The notes beneath the pieces were generated by a model. That model was not told where the DNA came from, did no database searches, and saw nothing but the letters and a program-made list of their open reading frames with translations. Shown here piece by piece: positions 30,734-39,125 of a stretch of 64,000 bases of DNA; positions within the stretch are counted from its first letter, which is position 1, and each line of letters opens with the position of its first letter. The translations under genes were made by a program, and so were the position numbers. Source of the stretch: Candidatus Poribacteria bacterium (lineage in GTDB: Bacteria > Poribacteria > WGA-4E > PCPOR2b); assembly GCA_965208675.1 (NCBI GenBank), contig OZ242351.1, forward strand, positions 1,408,001 through 1,472,000, read 5' to 3'.

Positions 30734-32062
30734 TTAACCGACCAGCCATATATACCGCGCTACAAAAAGCACTGCGAACAGATAAATCAGCCAGTGCACC
30801 TGCCGACCACGGCCGCTGACGAGTTTTAACAACACATACGATATAAAGCCGAAGGCGATGCCTTCCGTAATGCTTATGGTTAGCGGCATCATCAACAGTG
30901 TCAGAAAGGCGGGGATAGATTCGGTGAAATCGTCCCAATCTATAGACACCACATTCTTTAGCATCAGACATCCGATGATAATTAGCGCCGGCGCAACCAC
31001 CGGATACAGAATTGTATTTTCTCCAATTGCGTGTCCAGCCCCAACCATCTTTATTAACGGACTAAAGAACAACGCAAGCAACATCAGAATTGCAGTAACG
31101 ATGTTGGTTATGCCGGTACGTCCGCCCGCGGATATTCCCGACGCGCTCTCAATGTAACTGGTGACGGTTGATGTGCCGAGCAGCGCGCCGGTGCTGGTGG
31201 CAACCGCATCGGAAAACAGGGCACGCCGCGCTCTCGGCAGCTTTCCATCAACCATTAAGCCGGCTTGCTCGCCGACGCCGACCAGCGTTCCGACGGTATC
31301 GAAGAGATCCAGAAAGATAAAGATGAATATTATAGCTATAAGCTCAGGATTCACGAAAATGTTGGGAATCTGGAGCTTGAAGAAGGTCGGCGCCATTGAA
31401 GGCGGTGCCGAAACAACACCCTCGAACTTCACCTGCCCCGCAATGAGCCCGACAACAGACGTAGCCAGAATACCTATCAAGATAGCGCCGCCGACATTAC
31501 GAGCGAATAGAATTGCAATCACGACTAGTCCGAACAGCGACAGCATCACCGGCGCGGATTTCAGATTTCCGAGCGTGACATAGGTCGCCGGGTGGTCGAC
31601 GATAAGCCCTCCCCACTCCAAGCCTACAAGCGCTATTAGCAATCCAATTCCAGCGGGAATTGCGTTCCTTAACGAAACCGGCAGAACCCCCATCACCTTT
31701 TCGCGCAACCCGACAAAGGAGAGCAGGACAAAAAACGCTCCCGCAATGAAAACTGCGCCGAGCGCTTGTTGCCACGCTACACCGAGCGTAAGACAAACCG
31801 TGTAGGTGAAATAGAAGTTATGTCCCATGCCCGGCGCAAGCGCAATCGGATAGTTGGCGAGGAATGCCATCAATAGCATCGCGAATGCGCTCGTAATGCA
31901 CGTTGCCGCCATCACTGCGCCGGAATCCATTCCCGCGGCTGAAAGCACCGCGGGTTGGACGAAAATAATGTACGATAGTGTCATGAACGTCGTACAGCCC
32001 GCAACAATTTCGCGTTTGACAGTCGTCCCGGATTCTTGTAACCGAAACAATCTTTCAAGCAT
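30734..32062 (-). CDS. NCS2/AzgA family purine permease
   Basis: AG.TTF.T.SYI, LAPGMG.N, D.FDT.GT, YIESASG...GGRTG.T. Confidence 0.93.
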   Translation of the reverse strand: MLERLFRLQESGTTVKREIVAGCTTFMTLSYIIFVQPAVLSAAGMDSGAVMAATCITSAFAMLLMAFLANYPIALAPGMGHNFYFTYTVCLTLGVAWQQALGAVFIAGAFFVLLSFVGLREKVMGVLPVSLRNAIPAGIGLLIALVGLEWGGLIVDHPATYVTLGNLKSAPVMLSLFGLVVIAILFARNVGGAILIGILATSVVGLIAGQVKFEGVVSAPPSMAPTFFKLQIPNIFVNPELIAIIFIFIFLDLFDTVGTLVGVGEQAGLMVDGKLPRARRALFSDAVATSTGALLGTSTVTSYIESASGISAGGRTGITNIVTAILMLLALFFSPLIKMVGAGHAIGENTILYPVVAPALIIIGCLMLKNVVSIDWDDFTESIPAFLTLLMMPLTISITEGIAFGFISYVLLKLVSGRGRQVHWLIYLFAVLFVARYIWLVG

Positions 32063-32144
32063 GCATCACCTCATTAAATCGAACGCATTTGACAGGTGTA
32101 AGGTGAAAAAAAACACCAAAATTATTTCCATTTGAATGCCCTAA

Positions 32145-32173
32145 ATTGTATTCCATTACACTTTAGATTGCAA
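32145..32173 (-). promoter_or_regulatory. Sigma70-type promoter for the NCS2 permease
   Basis: Minus strand TTGCAA-N17-TACAAT. Confidence 0.6.
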
Positions 32174-32315
32174 GCGTTAATTTACAGGTGTTAATCCGGC
32201 TAAAATACACAGTGACTGTAGATCGGGTACATCGGCGTTTCTAAGCGGAAAAAACCACGGCGTAACATCTCCGGTATGTCTATAACTTCATTTGATGATT
32301 GAGGATGGCAACGAA

Positions 32316-32431
32316 ACGGAAATTGGCGATTTACCGGTGAGCCGGTGTTGGTGGTTACCTTTTGTTAAAATGCACCGGCCCCCTTGTGGCGCGGGTTCAT
32401 TGAAATCGAAAGGTAACCAAGAAAAAAGATC
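32316..32431 (+). pseudogene. Decayed copy of the 5' end of the 32845 gene
   Basis: ACGGAAATTGG-CGATTTACCGGTGAGCCGGTGTTGGTGGTTACC vs ATGGAAAATGGACGATTGCGGGGGGAGACGGTGCTGGCGTACACC (31/45 by hand). Later blocks TCATTG and AGGTAACC..GAAAAA..GATC are also shared. Confidence 0.55.
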
Positions 32432-32725
32432 TTTACGTCTTTCGAGCGGATTGTTATGCGAATAATTTAGCAGTCATTATAGTAGAGATTTACGACTTTC
32501 ACAGGCGGTTAATCGAATAGAATGTTAAGGCAATCGAGAGGTGAACAGGTGAAGCATTTGTTGGAGTTCAGGGATTTTCCATCTAATGGATTTTGGGTTT
32601 GGTTAAGCGTGCGAGTAGGGAACGATCGACCGAACGAATGGTAAGGGCGAAAGCGTTAGCTCGCGATAGTTTTGGTGTCCGTGAAGACTAATTACAAATA
32701 ATTTGCGCCAAGCAGACTTTTTTGT

Positions 32726-32755
32726 TTGACATTCGGCATTTAGGTTGCGTATAAT
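32726..32755 (+). promoter_or_regulatory. Consensus sigma70 promoter with an adjacent palindrome
   Basis: TTGACA-N18-TATAAT, followed directly by AATTG-AA-CAATT (32756-32767) over the predicted start site. Confidence 0.8.
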
Positions 32756-32777
32756 AATTGAACAATTCAAATCCGTG

Positions 32778-32818
32778 AGGGGAGCGACATCCGCGAGGTG
32801 TCTCTCCCTTTTTTTTTT
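32778..32818 (+). terminator. Intrinsic terminator or attenuator between the promoter and the 32845 ORF
   Basis: GGGAG-c-GACATC (loop CGCGA) GGTGTC-t-CTCCC followed by T10. Confidence 0.85.
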
Positions 32819-32844
32819 GCGGTTAAAATCAGGAGGGTATATCA

Positions 32845-33279
32845 ATGGAAAATGGACGATTGCGGGGGGAGACGGTGCTGGCGTACACCTATTTTGAGAT
32901 GTATCGTGATGCGGGGGATGAGCGCTCATTGGAGGCGCTGAGCGGCCAAGAGGTAACCGGGAAAAAGAGATCGGTTTCGATGATTAAGAAGTGGTCGGCG
33001 CAAAATGATTGGGGCGAGCGCGTTGCGGCATTTGATGCGGAGGCGGCGCGACGGGCAGCAGACGCATTATTAAGGCGCCGGGCATCTGAAATCGAAGTGT
33101 TTATTGAAACGGATATGAAAATTGCGTCGCGGGTTCAGGCGTTGTGCCTCAATCAACTTCAAGTTCTAGAAACCAAAACGGATTTCGGGGAACTACGGCA
33201 ACTAGTATTGACATACAAAGAGGCGCGGCTATGGATGATGGAGCTCACAGGCGCGCTGGAGGAGGACGTACAGACATGA
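32845..33279 (+). CDS. Phage-like HTH protein, putative terminase small subunit-like
   Basis: RBS AGGAGG. GET..AY..F..YRD.G.ERSL....KKWS....W.ER..AFD followed by a coiled-coil segment, a pattern recalled from phage genes lying upstream of TerL. Confidence 0.55.
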   Translation: MENGRLRGETVLAYTYFEMYRDAGDERSLEALSGQEVTGKKRSVSMIKKWSAQNDWGERVAAFDAEAARRAADALLRRRASEIEVFIETDMKIASRVQALCLNQLQVLETKTDFGELRQLVLTYKEARLWMMELTGALEEDVQT

Positions 33280-34298
33280 GAAAGCGAATGAAATTTCACG
33301 AAGTGCGCTACCCCAAAATAGGGGTATCTAAGAGTGGCAATTCAGAGGAACAATCCCTTGCGATGCCAGCGTCTGCACAAGCGGCATCAGAACCTACACA
33401 TGGCGAAATCTATATTCCGAAGGAGACACCGGAGGAGATTGAAAGGCGCGAAAGGCGGGAAAATGAACTAATCAGGATTGCACGGATGCATGGCAGCAAC
33501 ATTCCGGGTCGCGAAGATGTTATAGAAGTTAAAAACGAAAGAACGCACTATGACGGAAGTCGGACGGGCTGCAATATTGAGGATAGTTTAATCATGTTGA
33601 CGGATATCAAGACGGGCTTTTTCAGGGCGTGCGTCGAAAAGAATGGCGGAGGTTGGTACGGCTATCCTAATCCACAGCATCTGGAAAGATATGGACTGAG
33701 TCCGTACGAATATAATAAGAGGAAGTTCAAGGAAGAACACATTCCGGTGGTTAAAGCACGGGAAAGCGAAAACCTTGTCGTCGGACTGATATATCGCAAA
33801 GCGTATCACCGTGCAACAGCGGTCAGTCCGGGTTTCGGAAAATCGGCTGAGATTTTGGTTCAGGAGTGTTGGTTTAAGTGTTATCTTCCATGGACATGCC
33901 TAGAGAGGGACATTTCCCGTTCGGTTGAAGTTGCCAACAACATACTGCAAGAATTGGAGCCGGAGATTACAGAACTGGCTAAGATAGTTGAGGCTAAGAT
34001 TAAAGCCGAACGAAGACTCTGCAAGGCGGCAAGTGAGTATGGCAACGATGCTCCTTTTGGACCTGATGGTGTTCCAGAATGGGTTGACCTTCCAATGCCT
34101 CAGACTCGTGACGAGTTAAACCGGTTGGGAGCGCTTTACAATGAAGATCGGGCGGCGGATCGCCGCGTCAAGGAGAAAGAGGATGCGCATGATCAGGGAA
34201 AGATAGGCCCGAAAGGGTCGTATAGCTTACCTGACGTGTGGGATAGAGAGACTACCTTGGAAGACTTACAGAAGCGGGTAGCAACAGGAAGCCCGTAG
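33276..34298 (+). CDS. Hypothetical protein (340 aa), no recognisable family
   Basis: ATGA overlap with the upstream stop and a GGAGGAGG RBS support a start at 33276 rather than 33144. Confidence 0.75.
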   Translation: MRKRMKFHEVRYPKIGVSKSGNSEEQSLAMPASAQAASEPTHGEIYIPKETPEEIERRERRENELIRIARMHGSNIPGREDVIEVKNERTHYDGSRTGCNIEDSLIMLTDIKTGFFRACVEKNGGGWYGYPNPQHLERYGLSPYEYNKRKFKEEHIPVVKARESENLVVGLIYRKAYHRATAVSPGFGKSAEILVQECWFKCYLPWTCLERDISRSVEVANNILQELEPEITELAKIVEAKIKAERRLCKAASEYGNDAPFGPDGVPEWVDLPMPQTRDELNRLGALYNEDRAADRRVKEKEDAHDQGKIGPKGSYSLPDVWDRETTLEDLQKRVATGSP

Positions 34299-34346
34299 TT
34301 TTTGAAGGATGGGTAGAGCGGAGAAAATAGTTGACTCGACAAGTGT

Positions 34347-34369
34347 CGCGATTCGGAGATCGCTCGTAC
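34347..34369 (-). repeat. GTAG-REP, family A (degenerate copy)
   Basis: CGCGATTCGGAGATCGCTCGTAC, 22/23 identical to 34758-34780. Confidence 0.8.
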
Positions 34370-34510
34370 GGGGGATTGGATTCTAGAATACCGGCGATAG
34401 GATTTGGTGTCTGAACTGAAATTCTTTGATTAAATTATGGGCTATGATTTAGGGAGCGCATAATTCTTCCGTGTTGGTACGGAAGGCGATTGGCTGCCGC
34501 TGAAGTTCCT

Positions 34511-34742
34511 GTAGGTTGGGTAGAGCGGATTCATCCAAGAATCGACTATTAAAATACCGCCCTCTCAACCTCGCCGCGTATCAAATTCCATGAATGCAGC
34601 GGCACCCATCGCTTTTCTACCATCTGGAGGTTTCAAAAGCGTTGGGTTTCGCTATGCCAAAATTGAGAAGATCATCGTAGGGAATTTGGACGACGATTGG
34701 GTGATGTGACGGTGTTGGCGCTATCCGCTCTACCCAACCTAC
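34511..34742. repeat. 232-bp REPIN/MITE-like element with perfect 20-bp terminal inverted repeats
   Basis: GTAGGTTGGGTAGAGCGGAT (34511-34530) and ATCCGCTCTACCCAACCTAC (34723-34742). A degenerate half-copy lies at about 34305-34322. Confidence 0.85.
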
Positions 34743-34757
34743 AAGAGTGGAAACGGC

Positions 34758-34780
34758 CGCGATTCGGAGATCGCTCCTAC
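34758..34780 (-). repeat. GTAG-REP, family A
   Basis: Reverse complement GTAGGAGCGATCTCCGAATCGCG is GTAG plus a GCGAT/ATCGC hairpin. A related ATAGGAGGGAATTTCGATTCCCGA lies at 34804-34827. Confidence 0.8.
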
Positions 34781-34899
34781 AGAAGGTTGTGTGGTTACAT
34801 TAGATAGGAGGGAATTTCGATTCCCGACGACGGGTTCAGTTTTTGTAGGTAGGGCAGCGCCGATTCACCGAAAATCGCCAACCAAAAAGAACCACCGTG

Positions 34900-35196
34900 T
34901 TAATCTTCGGTTAATGATGTCGTTCGAGGCCGAACAACTTTATAGACAGTTTCACCGGGTTTGATAAAACCGAATCGCCGTACGAGCCGCTCTTGGTCGA
35001 GTTCGTCGGTCTGGAGGTTTTCGACTCTCGTTCTCAGGCGATCCCTCTTCAATTCAAGCGCGCTTAACTCGTCCAAATATTCCTGTTTAATCTGACGTGC
35101 TTTCTGCCAATTCTGATATTCACCGACGAACCGATAAGCACTGATGATTAAGACGGGAAATGTGATGATTAACAGCCAAGATTGAAGAAATCGCAT
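34900..35196 (-). CDS. Septum formation initiator family (FtsB/DivIC-like)
   Basis: N-terminal transmembrane segment, coiled coil and ERLVR..FGFIKPGETVY. Confidence 0.85.
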   Translation of the reverse strand: MRFLQSWLLIITFPVLIISAYRFVGEYQNWQKARQIKQEYLDELSALELKRDRLRTRVENLQTDELDQERLVRRFGFIKPGETVYKVVRPRTTSLTED

Positions 35197-35212
35197 GAGG
35201 ATGGTTCCGAAT

Positions 35213-35254
35213 TAATGAGTAATGTGTAATGAGAAATGCGCAATGCGTAATGAC
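35213..35254. repeat. Tandem heptamer repeat (6 x nAATGnG-like)
   Basis: TAATGAG TAATGTG TAATGAG AAATGCG CAATGCG TAATGAC. Confidence 0.8.
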
Positions 35255-35259
35255 TGTGG

Positions 35260-36057
35260 TTAGTGAGAATTTGATCCCCAGAGGTCGTGATTATCTGTAA
35301 GAATTTCCGGGCCTTCGGGGAGAATTGCGACGGTATGTTCGAATAGCGCAGAAATGCGCCGATCTGCCGTGACCGCTGTCCAGCCGTCTTCGAGCGTTTC
35401 AGATTCGTGTGTACCTGCGTTGGTCATGGCTTCGATGGCGAGGACTGTACCGGGCCTTAATCGAACGCCTCTGCCGGGTTCTCCGTAATTGGGAACCTGA
35501 GGCTCCTCGTGTAAATTCCGCCCAATTCCGTGACCAACAAAATCTCGCACTACTGAGAATCCGTGACTTTCCACATGGGTTTGCAATGCGGAACAGGCGT
35601 CGCCGAGTCGACTTCCCGGCTTGGCGGCGTCAATTGCTTTATAGAGTGCGTTTTTGGAGACTTCCAGTAGACTTTGCGCTTCCGGTTCAATGTCTCCGAC
35701 AGGAAACGTGTAAGCATTATCCCCATGAAATCCATTGAGATAGACTGCGGTGTCAATTCCAATAATATCGCCCTCTTTTAGAATACAGTCCTTCCTTGGA
35801 ATGCCGTGAACAATTTCCTCGTTAATTGAAACGCAAATAGTTGCTGGATATGGCGGGTGATGCGGAAGTTGATACCCCAAAAACGATGAAATACCGCCAA
35901 GTTTCTTAATGGCATCCCGGGAGATTTGATCCAATTCGTAAGTTGAAATACCTGGGCTTACAGCTTCTCCGATTGTTTGAAGTACAATTGACGCGGCTTT
36001 TCCGCTGCGCCGCATTGTCTCGATTTCAGACCGGGACTTGATTCTGACTTTATTCAT
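35260..36057 (-). CDS. map: Methionine aminopeptidase type I
   Basis: C.SINEEIVHGIP, GD...ID, GHGIG..LHEEP, AIE.M, FEHT. Confidence 0.96.
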   Translation of the reverse strand: MNKVRIKSRSEIETMRRSGKAASIVLQTIGEAVSPGISTYELDQISRDAIKKLGGISSFLGYQLPHHPPYPATICVSINEEIVHGIPRKDCILKEGDIIGIDTAVYLNGFHGDNAYTFPVGDIEPEAQSLLEVSKNALYKAIDAAKPGSRLGDACSALQTHVESHGFSVVRDFVGHGIGRNLHEEPQVPNYGEPGRGVRLRPGTVLAIEAMTNAGTHESETLEDGWTAVTADRRISALFEHTVAILPEGPEILTDNHDLWGSNSH

Positions 36058-36167
36058 TTAACGCTTTTCCTAGGCAAACTTCTCCAATTGTAGACCTTAG
36101 CGCCTTGCGCACGAAGTAATTCTCCGGTACGATATAACGATTGATTCCGCAAAAGGGATTCAGTAAG

Positions 36168-37556
36168 CTAAGCAACAATCTCACCACGCAAAGTGTGCGC
36201 AGTCGCAGAATTGATATTCACCTGCACGATATCGCCAATTTTTGAATTTTCTTTCGGAAACACAATTGTTTTGAAGCTGTCAGATCTACCGTGGTATTCA
36301 TCTGCGTTGCGGCGAGACTGTCCTTCGACCAACACATTCGTGTTGCAGCCAACCAACTCCTGATTGATTTCAAGCGAAATTTTCTCTTGCAACGAAATAA
36401 TCTCCCGTAATCGCCTTCCCTTTTCCGTGCTGCTCACATCGTCATCTAGCAACTTGTAAGCAAGCGTACCTTCACGAGGCGAGTATTTGAACATGAATGC
36501 GGAATCGAATCGGATTTCATCCATGAGGCGGTAGGTTTCCATGAAATCGTGCTCAGTCTCGCCGCAGAAGCCGACGATAATATCAGTTGAAATGGCGAGA
36601 TTCGGAATGCGGCCGCGCATATTCGCCACAAGCTCGCGGTAGGCTTCGGCCGTGTATGTCCGCCGCATGGCTTTAAGCGTTTTCGTGGAGCCGGATTGCA
36701 GTGGAAGATGTATTTGTTTACAGACTTTATCGCCACCTGCAATGGCTTCAATCATGCCGTCTGTTGCGTCACTTGGATGCGGCGATGTAAATCGTATGCG
36801 TTCGATGCCCTCTATATCGTTAATTGCAAAGAGCAAATCTCCAAAATCGTGCGCTCCATCGTGGTACGAGTTCACCGTCTGGCCGAGGAGGACAACCTCT
36901 TTAAACCCGTCGTCAACTAACCGCTTAACCTCATTGACTAACAGCTTTGCCGGAACACTGCGTTCGCGGCCGCGCACGAACGGCACAATGCAAAACGTGC
37001 ACATCTTGTCACAGCCTCGTTGCACGGTCAACCACGCCCGTATTCCGTCCTTACGAATTGGCGCGATGTCGGCGTAGTCTTCGTCTTGGTCAAGCTTCAA
37101 ATTTACAAACGCATCACCTGCCGCCACTGAACGGAGCGCCGCGGGAAGGCTGCGATAGGCGTCGGGACCTAGGACCAGATCCAGGTATGGCGCGGCGTCA
37201 AGCATTTTTGACCGGGTATGCTGCGCCATGCAACCACAGACACCCAGAATAAGGTTGGGTTGCAGCCGTTTGCGATGATTGAGTTGTTTGAGACGATTAA
37301 GTACCTTGGTTTCAGCGTTATCACGTATGGCACAAGTATTGAGTAGGACTACATCAGCGTCCTCTAACCCATCGGCAGTTTCGTAACCGTTTTCCACCAA
37401 GATACCCGCCAGCAACTCGCTGTCACTCACATTCATCTGACACCCATACGTCTCTATGTAGACACGTCTTGAGGCGTGTAGTTGAATCGCCGATTCGACT
37501 GCCGGCGCAGCAGTGTATATTGGCAGTTGGGATTGAATTGGAATTTTGGATTTCAC
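36168..37556 (-). CDS. miaB: tRNA-2-methylthio-N6-dimethylallyladenosine synthase
   Basis: TYGCQMN..DSE, NTCAIR..AE, CDKMCTFC and a C-terminal TRAM domain. Confidence 0.95.
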   Translation of the reverse strand: MKSKIPIQSQLPIYTAAPAVESAIQLHASRRVYIETYGCQMNVSDSELLAGILVENGYETADGLEDADVVLLNTCAIRDNAETKVLNRLKQLNHRKRLQPNLILGVCGCMAQHTRSKMLDAAPYLDLVLGPDAYRSLPAALRSVAAGDAFVNLKLDQDEDYADIAPIRKDGIRAWLTVQRGCDKMCTFCIVPFVRGRERSVPAKLLVNEVKRLVDDGFKEVVLLGQTVNSYHDGAHDFGDLLFAINDIEGIERIRFTSPHPSDATDGMIEAIAGGDKVCKQIHLPLQSGSTKTLKAMRRTYTAEAYRELVANMRGRIPNLAISTDIIVGFCGETEHDFMETYRLMDEIRFDSAFMFKYSPREGTLAYKLLDDDVSSTEKGRRLREIISLQEKISLEINQELVGCNTNVLVEGQSRRNADEYHGRSDSFKTIVFPKENSKIGDIVQVNINSATAHTLRGEIVA

Positions 37557-37937
37557 GGTTTAATCCTGTTCGACACGACCTAAACCACGGTAGGCGTTGC
37601 GCTATCCGGATGCATCTCACCGAGTGGTATTATACTCATGACTGTAGCCATTATGCAAGCGAAATCACGAGTTTCCAGTTATAATTCAATCTACCCCGCA
37701 GCATGGAATTTGAAGCACAGATAGACGCGGTTAAAGAAATTTGCAGAAATCGAATTATTGTGTATAATATCTCTTCAAAACGCATTTTGCCGTAACATAA
37801 GCACTTCGTCATTGCAGAGCAGACGGTGTAGAATCTGCAGCTTTCCTAAAAAGATTGTCGTGCAAAGGTTTGCCTGAAATCAAACGGCCGCCGCCCGTTG
37901 ATACGAAAAAACTACGGATTTATCTAAGGAGAAATTA

Positions 37938-38990
37938 ATGCCAATATTTACGCAAGCACAGTTGAATCGGATTTCTACCGAGATTTTTGAAGCATCGTCT
38001 GTGCCGCCGGAAGAAGCGCAAACAATCAGTGAACTGCTTGTTGACGCGAACCTAGTGGGACATGACTCGCACGGCGTAATTCGAATTCCGCAGTATATCA
38101 AGCGGCTCAGGAATGGTGATATCCATCCGGGCGCGCCAATGGAGATTGAACGCGAGTCTCCATCGCATGCCGTAATTAACGGCAACTGGGGGTTTGGACA
38201 AGTTATCGGCAAAAAGGCGATGTCGCTCGCAATCCGCAAAGCGCAATCCAGTGTTATAAGCGCCGTAAGCATTTACGACTGTAACCATATCGGACGACTT
38301 GCCAGCTATACCATGATGGCGGCTGACCAGGGGCTGATTGGGATAACAATGTTGAATGCCGGCGGCGCGGCGCTATCGGTGGCTGCGTTTGGCGGCATCG
38401 ATAGACGACTCGGCACAAACCCGATTTCTGTCGCGGTGCCGGCTGGGGAGGCGGATTCGATTGTTTTGGATATCACCAGCAGCGTTGTGGCACAGGGGAA
38501 GATTGATGTGGCTGTTAATCGCGGCGATTCTGTTCCGCTTGGTTGGCTGATTGACGGCAAAGGTGAACCCACTACCGATCCACAGGATTTCGACAGTCCG
38601 TCCCCCGGTTCGATACTGCCGCTCGGCGGCTTGGCGGGACACAAGGGTTTTGGGCTAGGTTTAATCATTGACGTGTTAGCAGGTACACTGTCCGGGGGCG
38701 GCTGCAGCGGCTCAAATAATACCCGGGTCTGCAACGCCACGTTGATGATTGCCATTGACATCGTTAAGTTTATTCCACTCGAAGATTACGACCGCCATAT
38801 AGATAACCTTGTGGAGTTCATGAAATGTTCACAATTAGCCCCAGGTTTTGATGAAGTGTTGATGCCCGGTGAAATCGAGTCGCGCCAGAAACAGCAGCGT
38901 TTAAGTGAAGGGATTCCGGTCGATGACGAAACATGGCGCCAGATTCAGGAAACGGCGGCAAATGTCGGCATATCGCAACTCAAATATTGA
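37938..38990 (+). CDS. Ldh_2 (malate/L-lactate/sulfolactate dehydrogenase-like) oxidoreductase
   Basis: GHDSHG, NHIGRL..Y, GTNPIS, D..SS.VA.GK, HKG.GL, PGE.E. Confidence 0.92.
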   Translation: MPIFTQAQLNRISTEIFEASSVPPEEAQTISELLVDANLVGHDSHGVIRIPQYIKRLRNGDIHPGAPMEIERESPSHAVINGNWGFGQVIGKKAMSLAIRKAQSSVISAVSIYDCNHIGRLASYTMMAADQGLIGITMLNAGGAALSVAAFGGIDRRLGTNPISVAVPAGEADSIVLDITSSVVAQGKIDVAVNRGDSVPLGWLIDGKGEPTTDPQDFDSPSPGSILPLGGLAGHKGFGLGLIIDVLAGTLSGGGCSGSNNTRVCNATLMIAIDIVKFIPLEDYDRHIDNLVEFMKCSQLAPGFDEVLMPGEIESRQKQQRLSEGIPVDDETWRQIQETAANVGISQLKY

Positions 38991-39125
38991 TTTGGTATTA
39001 CGACGGAATTATTACTTATATGAGAACTATTATCAAGCCCTTATTGACGCGGCTCCACTCACGGTAATGCGGATTCGGCCAAATACCAAGAATTTGACGT
39101 AGAAACGTTCCAAAGGGATACGAAC

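Larger units (their letters stand above)
32188..34905. mobile_element. Candidate small genomic islet or phage-satellite-like remnant
   Basis: Two + strand genes interrupt a long minus-strand run. GTGTTAATC occurs at 32188-32196 and at 34897-34905, the latter spanning the ftsB-like stop. One gene is phage-like. No integrase. Confidence 0.45.

Noticed and set aside
32341-32419. Interleaved inverted repeats (GCCGGTG/CACCGGC and TGGTTACCTTT/AAAGGTAACCA) as a purine riboswitch for the NCS2 permease
   Set aside because: They lie upstream of the predicted permease promoter (32145-32173), lack the purine aptamer consensus, and overlap the decayed gene copy. An independent structured RNA is not fully excluded.
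33144-33275. N-terminal extension of the 384-aa ORF
   Set aside because: It overlaps the upstream gene out of frame. ATG 33276 has a strong RBS and ATGA coupling.
33276-34298. Large terminase subunit
   Set aside because: No Walker A/B or RNase H-like acidic motifs are visible, and it is short for TerL.
34300-34900. CRISPR array
   Set aside because: The repeats are inverted or dispersed with irregular spacing, not direct repeats with uniform spacers. No cas genes are in the window.
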